Below, in pieces: positions 19,570 through 29,584 of a stretch of DNA of 39,068 nt; within the stretch, counting starts at the first letter, position 1, and each line of letters begins with the position of its first letter. The translations under genes were made by a program, and so were the position numbers. The stretch is taken from positions 1 to 39,068 of the forward strand of contig JBDHUP010000003.1 of the NCBI GenBank assembly GCA_039809245.1, written 5' to 3'. The stretch is from Minisyncoccia bacterium. Lineage in GTDB: Bacteria > Patescibacteriota > Minisyncoccia > Phycocordibacterales > UBA9973. The notes beneath the pieces are model-generated. The model did not search any database, was not told where the DNA came from, and saw nothing but the letters and a program-made list of their open reading frames with translations.

Positions 19570-20913
19570 CTATGAAATTTTCCTTAAAATCCAAAATATA
19601 AATTTTAATGCGATTAGTAATAGTATTATTAATAAAGACCAAAAGCTAATAACATCAACCTTGTAATCCCCTTTTATACCCATATTTTTAGCTATTCCAT
19701 TAGTTAAATACTTTAAAAAGGTATTATTACTAGGTATTTGCAACTTACTAGGTATAAATGTAAAACCAACAACAGGTATTGATGTTGATTTAGACACATC
19801 TTCATCATTACTAATAAATACGCAAATATTATCCATTAAAGTAAAGCCGAGAGGTACATGGTCTTGGTGTCCAATAATATTTGGACAGATGTCTTTTAAT
19901 TTCTCTACACAGTAACCTTCTTCATTTATAATAGTACCTTCCGGTAGAGTAATCTGATTACCATCAATGTTTTTACAAACATCGATCTCTTTTGGATAAC
20001 AAGAATTACTATCTGATATATAACCTTCAGGTATTTTACCTTGTATGCCATTTATATTTTTACACAAATCAATAGCTCTACACTCAGAAGCTGAATCTTG
20101 AGTGCCAGGTATGTTAGGGCACATGTCTTTTTTAGGAACTATACACTTTCCACTTTCATTAAGAATATAGTTAGCTGGTACAACAGTCTGAATACCTTCA
20201 AGATTAGGACAATAGTCTATGTTTGGTACACAAGCACCAATATTATCTAAAGAAAAACCTAGAGGTATTGAAGATTGTGCACCTTCAATATTTGGACACA
20301 TGTCCACATAAGGTATACATAAACCATCAATATTAATAGTATAACCATTTGGTATAGATGTTTGTATTCCTGAAATATTTAAACATACATCTCTGTAACC
20401 GCCACCTCCAGAACTACCACCTCCTCCACTACTTAAACTTGATCTCCATGAAGTTTTTACGCAGCTAGTACTATTACCACAATCAAATTTTATCCATCCA
20501 CCCTCTGGACCGCCAGTCCAAGCATATCCTGAAAATTGTCCTGTTGAAGGATTGATAGTTACACCTTCACCAGTAGGAGCAAAATTAATCCACCCAGACA
20601 CTTGGCTCCATGCTTTACCGGTAAGAACTCCGGTGGTTAAGTTAGCAAATGTCACTCCTTCTCCTGTTGGATGAAGATCGATCCAACCTAGTTCATTACC
20701 CCATATTTGACCTGTAAGACCAGTTACTGAATCAATAACCACCGTTGTTCCAGTGGTCGGTTTAAAATTTATACTACCCGGTGTGGGAGTTGCACAACTT
20801 ACATCATGGCAAACTAAAGCAGTATGAGAAACGTTGTCTATACTTCCAGTTGAAGCGTCAACTGGAAGTATGAATATAAATGATAAGAAAACTAATATAG
20901 CTAATTTTTTCAT
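19570..20913 (-). CDS. Secreted, C-terminally anchored surface protein with GxxW..GWI repeats and 7 Cys-rich DxCxNIxGxQ repeats
   Basis: Signal peptide, 3 GxxW..GWI repeats, Gly/Ser linker, about 29-aa two-Cys repeats, C-terminal TM followed by RK. Confidence 0.8.
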   Translation of the reverse strand: MKKLAILVFLSFIFILPVDASTGSIDNVSHTALVCHDVSCATPTPGSINFKPTTGTTVVIDSVTGLTGQIWGNELGWIDLHPTGEGVTFANLTTGVLTGKAWSQVSGWINFAPTGEGVTINPSTGQFSGYAWTGGPEGGWIKFDCGNSTSCVKTSWRSSLSSGGGGSSGGGGYRDVCLNISGIQTSIPNGYTINIDGLCIPYVDMCPNIEGAQSSIPLGFSLDNIGACVPNIDYCPNLEGIQTVVPANYILNESGKCIVPKKDMCPNIPGTQDSASECRAIDLCKNINGIQGKIPEGYISDSNSCYPKEIDVCKNIDGNQITLPEGTIINEEGYCVEKLKDICPNIIGHQDHVPLGFTLMDNICVFISNDEDVSKSTSIPVVGFTFIPSKLQIPSNNTFLKYLTNGIAKNMGIKGDYKVDVISFWSLLIILLLIALKFIFWILRKIS

Positions 20914-20918
20914 GATTA

Positions 20919-22589
20919 TTATTGAGTATTCGGACTAGGTGTTACATCCGTAGTATCATTAGCACTCGAATTGTTTTCAGGCGCTACTATGGCTTCAGGA
21001 TTTTCAGTCGGGGCTCCTTCTACTGTTGTTGATGGAGGATTATTATCTTGTCCTGAACCACCATTATTGTTTATATAAATAGTTTGTGGATTATTTAATA
21101 GTTGTTTTAATTGACCTAACTGACTTTTATTAATGCATTCTGATGTACCATCTATATCTGTAAGGCAAATTTCTCCCGTAAATATTCTACTAATCTTATT
21201 GGTTGCATTTGAAAACCAAATTCTTAAATTATCTGCAAATGTATTCTCTTTTATATTGAAATTTTCAATTCCTTGAATTTTTAAATCTAGCTCTTGTATA
21301 GCTTTAATAACTTTCCATTGATTTGGAAGTTGTACAGAGTACATGCCATTTGCACCAGTTGTAACAAGCTCTGGATGATTAATTAGTATTTCTTGAGCGA
21401 TTACTCCTGTCATTTTGGTATTTGAAGCTATAACATTATAATCTCTAATACGAAAATCGGAAAAATAATTAAGAGCAGAAGTTGCATCAACTATATTATT
21501 TTTTAACCTTTCATCTGAAGAACAAGATACTATTTCTGATCCTGCTTCTGGATCATGCAGACATTCTCCGTCTGAATCTGTAAGAGAGAAAATATATCCA
21601 TCAATTCCAGTATCAGCAATATCTAATCTATAATCTGGGGTACTATCACCTATTCCAATTTTTCCAGAAGAAGTAGGGAGAATAGATGGATTACCTCCTA
21701 TTGTACTATAAGCTCCACTTCCAAAGATAAGTCCACCGATATTAAGACCATTCGCAGTAGCATCTGGAAGAGAGATGTTAGTTCCAATTATTATATTATT
21801 ACTTCCGATATTATTACTGGTAAAAGAAGCTCCAACAGCATAACCAATAAGATTTGAATAAGATGCATTAGTTGCTCCATTACCACTATTTAAGCCGAAA
21901 AAGTTTGAACGTTGAGCATTTGTTGCTCCATAACCAGAATTATTTCCTATGAAATTCGAATTAGATGCACCTGTAACACCATAGCCAGATTCTCTACCAA
22001 TAAAATTGGAATCTTTGATATTCGTTGCCGATTGGCCTGCTGAAGTTCCAATAAATATTGAATTACTAGAATCTACTGCACCTGATCCAGCGTTAAACCC
22101 AAAAAAGTTCGAGTTAGAAGCTCCAGTTGCACTATCTCCCGCGTTAAGACCAAAGAAATTAGCTCTTAATGTTCCACTAGCAGAATTTCCAGCATTAACT
22201 CCTATGGCGTTTGTGTTATCTCCAATTCCATTAATGACAAAATAACTATCAGTTCCGTCGCTAATTTTAAATATATTATTTTGAGAACCAGATACCTTGA
22301 CATCTAATTTTGAAGTTGGATTATTGTTACCAATTCCAACATTTCCAGTGTTATAATAAATATCACTTCCAGTAGTAGTCCATTGAGTTCCAGTGACATT
22401 TACATAACAGTTTGAATCAGTAGGTCCGCAGCCTCCCCAAGAAGTTAGTGGGTCACCAGGGTCTTGTATATTATCTGAAGGTAAGATAGGTGTCGAAGGA
22501 TTACCTGCATATGCAATGGAAAAAGAAAGTAGGGTTATTGTAAAAATTCCTGCGAGATAAATTACTTTCTTAAGTGCATGGTTATACAT
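20919..22589 (-). CDS. Secreted fibre-like protein with 17-aa NFxG repeats and peptidase S74-type intramolecular chaperone domain
   Basis: Signal peptide; GNVGIG motifs; about 8 NSNF[FI]GxxAG repeats; SSDERLK, GVIAQE, KAIQEL. Confidence 0.8.
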   Translation of the reverse strand: MYNHALKKVIYLAGIFTITLLSFSIAYAGNPSTPILPSDNIQDPGDPLTSWGGCGPTDSNCYVNVTGTQWTTTGSDIYYNTGNVGIGNNNPTSKLDVKVSGSQNNIFKISDGTDSYFVINGIGDNTNAIGVNAGNSASGTLRANFFGLNAGDSATGASNSNFFGFNAGSGAVDSSNSIFIGTSAGQSATNIKDSNFIGRESGYGVTGASNSNFIGNNSGYGATNAQRSNFFGLNSGNGATNASYSNLIGYAVGASFTSNNIGSNNIIIGTNISLPDATANGLNIGGLIFGSGAYSTIGGNPSILPTSSGKIGIGDSTPDYRLDIADTGIDGYIFSLTDSDGECLHDPEAGSEIVSCSSDERLKNNIVDATSALNYFSDFRIRDYNVIASNTKMTGVIAQEILINHPELVTTGANGMYSVQLPNQWKVIKAIQELDLKIQGIENFNIKENTFADNLRIWFSNATNKISRIFTGEICLTDIDGTSECINKSQLGQLKQLLNNPQTIYINNNGGSGQDNNPPSTTVEGAPTENPEAIVAPENNSSANDTTDVTPSPNTQ

Positions 22590-22607
22590 ACACAAATATT
22601 ATAGCAT

Positions 22608-22832
22608 TTATTTTTCTAGATATTCAAAGCGAGGGCCTTTATATCCATCCTTCTCTATATTCTCTAAAAACATGCCTACTGGTCTTGCCCACATTTGCTC
22701 TTTGCCTTCATAAGGATGAGTATAGATTACTAGTTCTTCGTCGTAATTCTCACTATTTTTAGCTATTCCAAGAACAGTGACTATGCCACCTTTGAAATGC
22801 TTATATTTACCAATTTTTACTTTTGGTTCCAT
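22608..22832 (-). CDS. DUF1653 domain protein
   Basis: GKYKHFKG, A.NSE, LVIY, WARP..MF, RF. Confidence 0.9.
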   Translation of the reverse strand: MEPKVKIGKYKHFKGGIVTVLGIAKNSENYDEELVIYTHPYEGKEQMWARPVGMFLENIEKDGYKGPRFEYLEK

Positions 22833-22836
22833 ATTA

Positions 22837-24249
22837 TTAAATTAATTCCTTTAATAATTTCTGTACAATAGATGGATTTGCAGAACCTTTTGTTTCTTTC
22901 ATTATCTGACCTACGAGTGACATCAGAGCATTCTCTTTACCTCCTTTATATGTTTTAACTACTTCAGGATTTGAATCTATAACTTTTTGTACGATATCTT
23001 TAAGAGCTCCTTCATCATTGCTTTGTATTAAATTTTTTTCTTTAGCTATTGTCATTGGTGAAGCATCTTCTACTACTATCATCGCAAGTATATCTTTAGC
23101 CGCACGAGAAGATATCTGACCATCTACAGCCATGGTTATTAGTTCAGCAAAATTGTTTGCGCTTGGTAGCTTTATACTGTTATCTGCTTTCTTTAAACCA
23201 AGGTAGTCAGAAGTAATATAATTTGATGCAGTTTTAATTTTATCTTTATTAGATAAAATTTTAGCTACAGATTCAAACCATAGACCAAGTTCTTGATCTA
23301 TAATATAACTTTCAACATCTTCATCTTTAATTCCAAACTCACTCTTATAGCGAGAACGCTTTGCGACTGGAAGTTCAGGGAGCTCAGATTTAAGCTTTTT
23401 TATGTCAAAAGCTTTACTTAGATATAGCTTTGGTAAATCTGGATCAGGGAAATAGCGATAGTCATTGGCATTTTCTTTTGAACGTTGTGAGAAAGTAGAT
23501 TGCTTATTCTCATCCCAGCCACGCGTCTCTTGAACTATTTCTGCACCACGTCCTTCATCTAGTAATAATGCCATACGCTTTATCTCAAATTCAGCTGCAC
23601 GCTCTACTGAACGGAATGAGTTTATATTCTTAACTTCACACTTTGTACCCAAAGTATTTGGATCATCAGAAATTGAAATGTTCAGCTCTACACGCATTTG
23701 ACCTTTATCCATGTTTGCTTCTGACACACCTAAGTATCTTAGAAGTAATTGAAGCTCTCTTCCGAAATCTCCTGCTTCTTTTGCACTATGAATTACTGGT
23801 TCAGTTACAAGTTCCATAAGAGGCACTCCAGCACGATTAAAATCCACAAGAGAGTAATTACCTCTGTCGTGCTTATTGTTCGCTGTATCTTCTTCTAGGT
23901 GTATTCTTGTAATTTTTACACCATTAAGTTCTCCTCCAGAAACTATTGGATATTTGTATTGTGATATCTGATAAGCTTTCGGAATATCAGGATAGAAATA
24001 ATTTTTACGATCAAACTCTGTGAAATCAGCAATATCTGAACCTAGTGCAAGTCCGACTTTAATAACACTCTCAACAGCTTTTTTATTTATAACTGGAAGT
24101 GTACCTGGGTGAGCCATACACACAGGACAAATGTTAGTGTTTGGTTTTTCTTCGTCTGGATTATTTAAACAACCACAGAACATTTTTGAGTTCGTGTTTA
24201 GTTCTGCATGTATTTCAAGACCTATTGTTGTGTAATATTCTTTTAACAT
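22837..24249 (-). CDS. gatB: Asp/Glu-tRNA amidotransferase subunit B
   Basis: IGLEIH, RKNYFYPD, HLEED, DFNRAGVPLMELVTEP, DYRYFPDPD. Confidence 0.98.
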   Translation of the reverse strand: MLKEYYTTIGLEIHAELNTNSKMFCGCLNNPDEEKPNTNICPVCMAHPGTLPVINKKAVESVIKVGLALGSDIADFTEFDRKNYFYPDIPKAYQISQYKYPIVSGGELNGVKITRIHLEEDTANNKHDRGNYSLVDFNRAGVPLMELVTEPVIHSAKEAGDFGRELQLLLRYLGVSEANMDKGQMRVELNISISDDPNTLGTKCEVKNINSFRSVERAAEFEIKRMALLLDEGRGAEIVQETRGWDENKQSTFSQRSKENANDYRYFPDPDLPKLYLSKAFDIKKLKSELPELPVAKRSRYKSEFGIKDEDVESYIIDQELGLWFESVAKILSNKDKIKTASNYITSDYLGLKKADNSIKLPSANNFAELITMAVDGQISSRAAKDILAMIVVEDASPMTIAKEKNLIQSNDEGALKDIVQKVIDSNPEVVKTYKGGKENALMSLVGQIMKETKGSANPSIVQKLLKELI

Positions 24250-24253
24250 ATCT

Positions 24254-24269
24254 TGGTGCCCGAGGTGGG
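24254..24269 (-). repeat. 16-bp direct repeat of the tRNA-Leu 3' end (CCCACCTCGGGCACCA)
   Basis: Identical to 24375-24390, offset 121 bp. Confidence 0.9.
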
Positions 24270-24374
24270 CTATCTTTCCTTACAGGAACAGTATACCTTT
24301 TCTATGAGTTTAACTCATAAGGAAAAGCTTTTCGATTCCCACGCGTACGCAAAGAAGTTTGCATACTCACGTGC

Positions 24375-24459
24375 TGGTGCCCGAGGTGGGAATCGAACCC
24401 ACATCCCTTACGAGACACGATTTTAAGTCGTGCGCGTATACCAGTTCCGCCACTCGGGC
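24375..24459 (-). tRNA. tRNA-Leu (TAA), CCA encoded
   Basis: GCCCGAG acceptor stem, CACGA-CT TAA AA-TCGTG anticodon arm, long variable arm, GTGGG-TTCGATT-CCCAC, ACCA. Confidence 0.97.
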
Positions 24460-24516
24460 ATTTCTCTATCTAACGAGTATTAATATAGCAAAATCACTAG
24501 AAAAAGTCATTATCTA

Positions 24517-25824
24517 CTAATCTTTACTCTGGTATTCTTTAATTTGAGAATTTGAGACACTAGGCAAATAAAGCATTGGATCTAGATATGAATCCTTTGG
24601 AGCAATAGGCATTATGAACGTCTTACCACTACAACTAATACTAGGCACAGTATCGACACCAGCACCTTGAGAAGCATAAACTGCAACGTGTAAATGAGGA
24701 CCAGTAGAGTGACCAGTGTTTCCAGAAAGCGCAACTACATCACCGGTTGAAACTTGATCTCCAGCTTTTGATGTAATTACTGATAAATGTCCAAATGTGC
24801 TTGAAAGTCCATTATTATATTTAATAAAGACCCATTTACCGAATGATGCACCCTTACAATATAAATCTGTATCACCAGTTCCAATAACAGTACCACTTGC
24901 CATTGATTTAACAGGTGTACCTATACTTGCTCTAAAATCTACACCGGAATGCGACCCAGATACGTACAATCTTTTTGAAGACACCGTTTTTCCGAATAGT
25001 TGAGTAATAAAAATATTATCGAGTGGCCACGATAGTACCGCAGAACCTTCTTTAGGAAGCAAGTTTGGATTTAGTATAAATTTTAACTGAGCTTCATAAT
25101 CCTCTAAGGCTTTTTCAAAAGCGTCTCTTTTCTTTTGCCTATCTGCTAATAATTTTAAATAATTTGATTCCTTATTTTTAGTTTCATTTAATAAAGTGTC
25201 CTTTTCTTTTTTAGTTACATCTACAGCGAGTTTTTTCTGTTGAAGAGTTTGTTTTAACTGTGTTAAATTTTGTTGCTCACTTTCTTTTTCTTTCTTTGAA
25301 CTTGCCAGTTCTACTTGCTTGTTCTCTAGCAGAAGTATGTAACTATCTACCTTATCATTTAAAGTAATTAGATTATTATACTCCTGGCTAGCTTCAGCTA
25401 TGCTATCTTTCGATAATAACCTTTGAATTAATGGTGTTTCATCATACTGATATAATCTACGGAAAGATTGCCTGAGTGCTTCTTTTGAATCAGCGATAAC
25501 CTTCTGTTCAGTTGTAATTGTATTATTAATTTCACCTATAACAAGACTAGTGGCATTGATTTTCTTTTCTGTTTGTTGAGTTTCTTTTAAAAGTTTACTA
25601 CGTGTGAGTGTGAGTTCTTTAATAAGGTTCGCTAAAGTTGCTGCTTGTTCACTGGTTTGAGCAACTTGTTGTTGATATTGATTTATTTCCCTATCTAACT
25701 CCTTTATTTGAGCATTTATATCACTAATTTGTTGGTTTACACTTTCAACTGTAGCGGCATTTATACTAAGTGGTAATGATAGGCACAAGAAAAAAATTAG
25801 TATAACTGTTATGAATCTATTCAT
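24517..25824 (-). CDS. Coiled-coil M23-family peptidoglycan endopeptidase (EnvC-like architecture, Zn ligands intact)
   Basis: Signal peptide, long coiled coil, HSGVD, FGHLS, GNTGHSTGPHLH. Confidence 0.9.
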   Translation of the reverse strand: MNRFITVILIFFLCLSLPLSINAATVESVNQQISDINAQIKELDREINQYQQQVAQTSEQAATLANLIKELTLTRSKLLKETQQTEKKINATSLVIGEINNTITTEQKVIADSKEALRQSFRRLYQYDETPLIQRLLSKDSIAEASQEYNNLITLNDKVDSYILLLENKQVELASSKKEKESEQQNLTQLKQTLQQKKLAVDVTKKEKDTLLNETKNKESNYLKLLADRQKKRDAFEKALEDYEAQLKFILNPNLLPKEGSAVLSWPLDNIFITQLFGKTVSSKRLYVSGSHSGVDFRASIGTPVKSMASGTVIGTGDTDLYCKGASFGKWVFIKYNNGLSSTFGHLSVITSKAGDQVSTGDVVALSGNTGHSTGPHLHVAVYASQGAGVDTVPSISCSGKTFIMPIAPKDSYLDPMLYLPSVSNSQIKEYQSKD

Positions 25825-25840
25825 ACAGATTCATTATAAC

Positions 25841-27313
25841 TTATTTTCTAAGTAATGCTAAAGCAGTGTTTAAACGAGATATAGTTTCTCCTTTACCAAA
25901 AATTTCTGCAAGGACAAATGGATCTGGAGATTTATCTAGACCTGATAAAGCATAGCGCATAGGCCAAAGTACATCACCACGTCCGACTTCTTCTGCATAT
26001 GGCCAGATAGCTTCTTTTATTTTTTCTTTTGTGAAGTTTCCATCATTTATTGATTCTAATATTTCTATAATTTTTTCTATATAAGTAGAAAGAACTACAT
26101 ATTTTTCTTCTAGTTTTATCTTGGTTGATTTAAAGAATAGTTGATCTACTTCATAGACAGGCTTTCCAAAGAAATATGTTAACTCACCATTATTAACCAT
26201 ATCTTTTATGTCACTACCTTTTACTACCCGCTCCATAATTATGGGAGTTATGTTATGCATGACTGTATTAGAAAAGCCGTCCAATTTTTTTAGACTATCG
26301 GGTATATATTTTAAGATAAACTCTTCTTGTTCTTCGTAAGACATCTTTTTTAAATGTTCTTTATTTATCCAATCAAGTTTATCTATATTGAAACCACCAC
26401 CAGAACGATGAATACGGTTAATATCAAAAATACCTATAAATTCTTCAGGTGAAAATATTTCTGTATTGTCTTCTGGACTCCATCCAATATATGCAAGGAA
26501 GTTAATCATTGATTCAGGTAAGTAGCCTTCATCTCTATATTCAAGTGTATCTTTTGCTCCATCACGCTTACCAAGCTTCTTCTTACCACCTTCTGCCATT
26601 ATTGGAGGTAGTGTAACGAATTTTGGTCTATCAATTCCTAGAGCATCATATAATGCAAGGAATTTAGGAGTAGAAGAAATAAACTCATCAGAACGCATTA
26701 TATGTGTAACTCCCATTTCAAAATCATCAATTATATGAGAGAGATTATAAGTTGGATATCCATCACTCTTAATAAGAATAAAATCATCAAGCGCTTCTGG
26801 GCCTGCTTTTAAGTTACCTCTAACTTCATCAACCCATTCTGTTTCTTTAACATCAACAATTTTTAATCGCAACGGCATTGTTCCATCCCATTTAGGTGGA
26901 TTTTTAGGTCTATGATCTCTATATAGAAATGGTCTTTTCTCACTCTCTGCTTTTGCTCTAAACCCGTCTAATTCTTCTTTGGTATAAGGGTCAGCATAAG
27001 CGAGACCTTTCTCAATAAGAATTTCTGCATACTTTTTATATGAATCTAATCTCTCTGATTGTAAATACGGTGCATTCGGTCCACCAATATCAGGACCTTC
27101 ATCCCAATTTATTCCTAACCACTTCAAAGTTTCAATTATATGATCTATCGAACCTTCGACTTCCCTTTCTTTATCTGTATCTTCAATGCGAAGAATGAAA
27201 GTCCCGTCGTGTTTACGTGCATAAGCCCAAGCATATAGCGCTGTCCGTACTCCACCTATGTGCATATACCCAGTCGGACTAGGAGCGAAACGAGTTACAA
27301 CTTTTGTTTTCAT
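25841..27313 (-). CDS. gltX: Glutamate--tRNA ligase
   Basis: RFAPSPTG.MHIG, LRIEDTD, KLGKR (KMSKS equivalent); start at MKTK. Confidence 0.97.
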   Translation of the reverse strand: MKTKVVTRFAPSPTGYMHIGGVRTALYAWAYARKHDGTFILRIEDTDKEREVEGSIDHIIETLKWLGINWDEGPDIGGPNAPYLQSERLDSYKKYAEILIEKGLAYADPYTKEELDGFRAKAESEKRPFLYRDHRPKNPPKWDGTMPLRLKIVDVKETEWVDEVRGNLKAGPEALDDFILIKSDGYPTYNLSHIIDDFEMGVTHIMRSDEFISSTPKFLALYDALGIDRPKFVTLPPIMAEGGKKKLGKRDGAKDTLEYRDEGYLPESMINFLAYIGWSPEDNTEIFSPEEFIGIFDINRIHRSGGGFNIDKLDWINKEHLKKMSYEEQEEFILKYIPDSLKKLDGFSNTVMHNITPIIMERVVKGSDIKDMVNNGELTYFFGKPVYEVDQLFFKSTKIKLEEKYVVLSTYIEKIIEILESINDGNFTKEKIKEAIWPYAEEVGRGDVLWPMRYALSGLDKSPDPFVLAEIFGKGETISRLNTALALLRK

Positions 27314-27314
27314 A

Positions 27315-28442
27315 TTATTGTTCATGAGATAGTGCTATATCTAGTGCCGCTTGAGCAATCTTTTCTGCTGCATCAGGTGATGCAAAAGCAAGAGCACTAT
27401 TTTTCATTCTTTCTAATTTATCTTTATCATTAAGTAATTTATCAATTTCAGCTATTAAGACATGAGGTTTTAGGTTACTTTCTTCGATCACTTCACAAGC
27501 GCCAGTTCTAGCGTAACTATAAGCATTCTTTCTTTGATGATCACCATTTGAATTTGTAATTGGGATTACGATAGATGGCGTACCCCATGAAGCTATTTCA
27601 AATAGAGATGAACCAGCCCTAGAAATAACTAAACTTGCAATCCCAGCAGCCATTCGTGTCTCTAGATTATTTAAATATGGCATTGGAACATATCTTGAAA
27701 CATTTGGATTATTTTCAAGTATTAACTTTGAACGAGAAACCACATCTTCTAGATTATTCTGACCAGTTTGATGAATAACTTGGTATTTAGATAATAATTC
27801 TGGAAGTATTTCAACTATAACATTATTTATTTTCTCTGCACCGCTTGATCCACCAACTACATAAATAACAGGTAGATCTCCAGTAATCTTAAAGAAATCG
27901 CGTGCTCCTTCAGGATTTCCATGTAAAATACTTTTACGAATAGGTTGACCAGTTAAAGCAGTCTTATCTTTAGGTAGGTAGTTTGCCGCTTCGGGCCATG
28001 ATATTGCAATTCTTTTTGCAAATTTTGCAGTCCAAAGATTTAATCTACCAGGACTAGAATCCGATTCATGAATTATAACTGGAATTCGTAAAAGCTTTGC
28101 AGCAAAGACTGCTGGAAATGCAGCATAACCTCCTTTTGAGATAACTACATCAGGATAAATAAAAAACATACTGATTAAACCAAAAAAAGCTCCTGTCACT
28201 GTAGTAAATATATCAAAGAAATTTTTTATTGATTTATAAGTCCTCATCTTACCAGAAGGTATCTGAACATAAGTTATTCTATTCTCGAAAAGCATCCTTT
28301 TATCATAAGGACTGTCTGACATATAATAAAGTTTCAGACTGATTATCTTTTCTTTTGAAGCTAATTCATTTAGTTTCTCAGCAATGGCTATAAGCGGATA
28401 AAAGTGTCCACCTGTCCCACCCCCCGTAAGCAATATCTTCAT
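27315..28442 (-). CDS. murG: Undecaprenyl-PP-MurNAc-pentapeptide GlcNAc transferase
   Basis: GGGTGGH.YP, GGY, HES, GGS.GA, SRAG, HQ..NA. Confidence 0.96.
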   Translation of the reverse strand: MKILLTGGGTGGHFYPLIAIAEKLNELASKEKIISLKLYYMSDSPYDKRMLFENRITYVQIPSGKMRTYKSIKNFFDIFTTVTGAFFGLISMFFIYPDVVISKGGYAAFPAVFAAKLLRIPVIIHESDSSPGRLNLWTAKFAKRIAISWPEAANYLPKDKTALTGQPIRKSILHGNPEGARDFFKITGDLPVIYVVGGSSGAEKINNVIVEILPELLSKYQVIHQTGQNNLEDVVSRSKLILENNPNVSRYVPMPYLNNLETRMAAGIASLVISRAGSSLFEIASWGTPSIVIPITNSNGDHQRKNAYSYARTGACEVIEESNLKPHVLIAEIDKLLNDKDKLERMKNSALAFASPDAAEKIAQAALDIALSHEQ

Positions 28443-28468
28443 ATTCCATTATTGTAGCTTATTTTTTA

Positions 28469-29584
28469 TTACTTTTCTAGTACTTTTGATTTAGATTGAG
28501 AACGAGAAATATTTAAAACTATACCCATAACCCCTAGTGAAAGTAAGAGCGCTGTACCTCCATGACTTATAAAAACTAGTGGTACTCCTGTTAAAGGAAA
28601 GACTCCTATAATTGAAGCAATGTTCATAAAAGATTGTGCCGTAATCATAGTAATGATACCAACTACAAATATTTTACTGAATGGATCTGGGGCACGGTTA
28701 GCTATCCTATAACCACGAAAAGCAAAAGCTATAAAAAGACATATGAGAACAACGCACCCGAAGAAACCTAATTCTTCTCCTACAACAGCAAATATTGAGT
28801 CGCCTTGTGGTTCTGGTAGATAATTAAATTTCTGAATGCTTTGACCGAGGCCTCTTCCAAATATTCCTCCAGAACCTACTGCTATTAATGACTGCTGGAG
28901 CTGGTAAGACGACCCACTACTATCACGACTCGGGTGAATAAAGGTGGTTAACCTATCCATAAGATAAGGTTTAAAGAATGCTAGTATTATGAAAGCGAGA
29001 ACACTTGCTCCAAGTAAACCAAGTATATACTTCCAAGGCATACCAGAAACAAAGAGCATAGAGATAGCTGTAATTGTAATTAAAATTAAGCTCTTAGTAT
29101 CTGGTTGTTTAAGTAAAACTATACTTATAATTCCCAAAAGTACACAAAGTGGTAAAACGCTAAAACGAATATCTCTTATTCTTCCTTTTGCCCACGATAA
29201 CCAAGCTGCGAAATAAATAATAAAGCCAATTTTTAGAAATTCTACTGGTTGGAATGATACGCCAAAAATGTTAATCCAACGCCTTGCTCCTCCATGACTC
29301 GATCCAAGATGTGGAACGAACACGAGAGCTGTAAGAAATATAGATATAATAAAAATTGGTAGTGAATATTGCCTCCAGAATTTATATGGAATCTTTAAAC
29401 CAAAATATAAAGCGACAAAACCACCTAACAAGCCAAATATAAATTGATTAGATATAACTCCATAGAACTTTGCTTCATTGCGAGCTAGAATTCCGAGTGA
29501 TGCAGAAGTAAACATAACCACGCCTATAAATACAAGCGCAATAATTATGCCTAAAAAAATTCTGTCTACTCCTGATTTCTTCAT
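28469..29584 (-). CDS. ftsW: SEDS-family peptidoglycan polymerase FtsW
   Basis: GARRWI, FQPVEF.K, QPD, LPE..GDSIF, EELG, P.TGVPL.FIS.GG; between mraY and murG. Confidence 0.9.
   Translation of the reverse strand: MKKSGVDRIFLGIIIALVFIGVVMFTSASLGILARNEAKFYGVISNQFIFGLLGGFVALYFGLKIPYKFWRQYSLPIFIISIFLTALVFVPHLGSSHGGARRWINIFGVSFQPVEFLKIGFIIYFAAWLSWAKGRIRDIRFSVLPLCVLLGIISIVLLKQPDTKSLILITITAISMLFVSGMPWKYILGLLGASVLAFIILAFFKPYLMDRLTTFIHPSRDSSGSSYQLQQSLIAVGSGGIFGRGLGQSIQKFNYLPEPQGDSIFAVVGEELGFFGCVVLICLFIAFAFRGYRIANRAPDPFSKIFVVGIITMITAQSFMNIASIIGVFPLTGVPLVFISHGGTALLLSLGVMGIVLNISRSQSKSKVLEK

Noticed and set aside
20919-22589. Prophage suggested by the tail-fibre chaperone domain
   Set aside because: The protein has a signal peptide, flanks are housekeeping genes, and no integrase, terminase or capsid is present
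24254-24390. Intact genomic island at tRNA-Leu
   Set aside because: Direct repeats are only 121 bp apart with no integrase or ORF; kept as an RNA-structure finding instead
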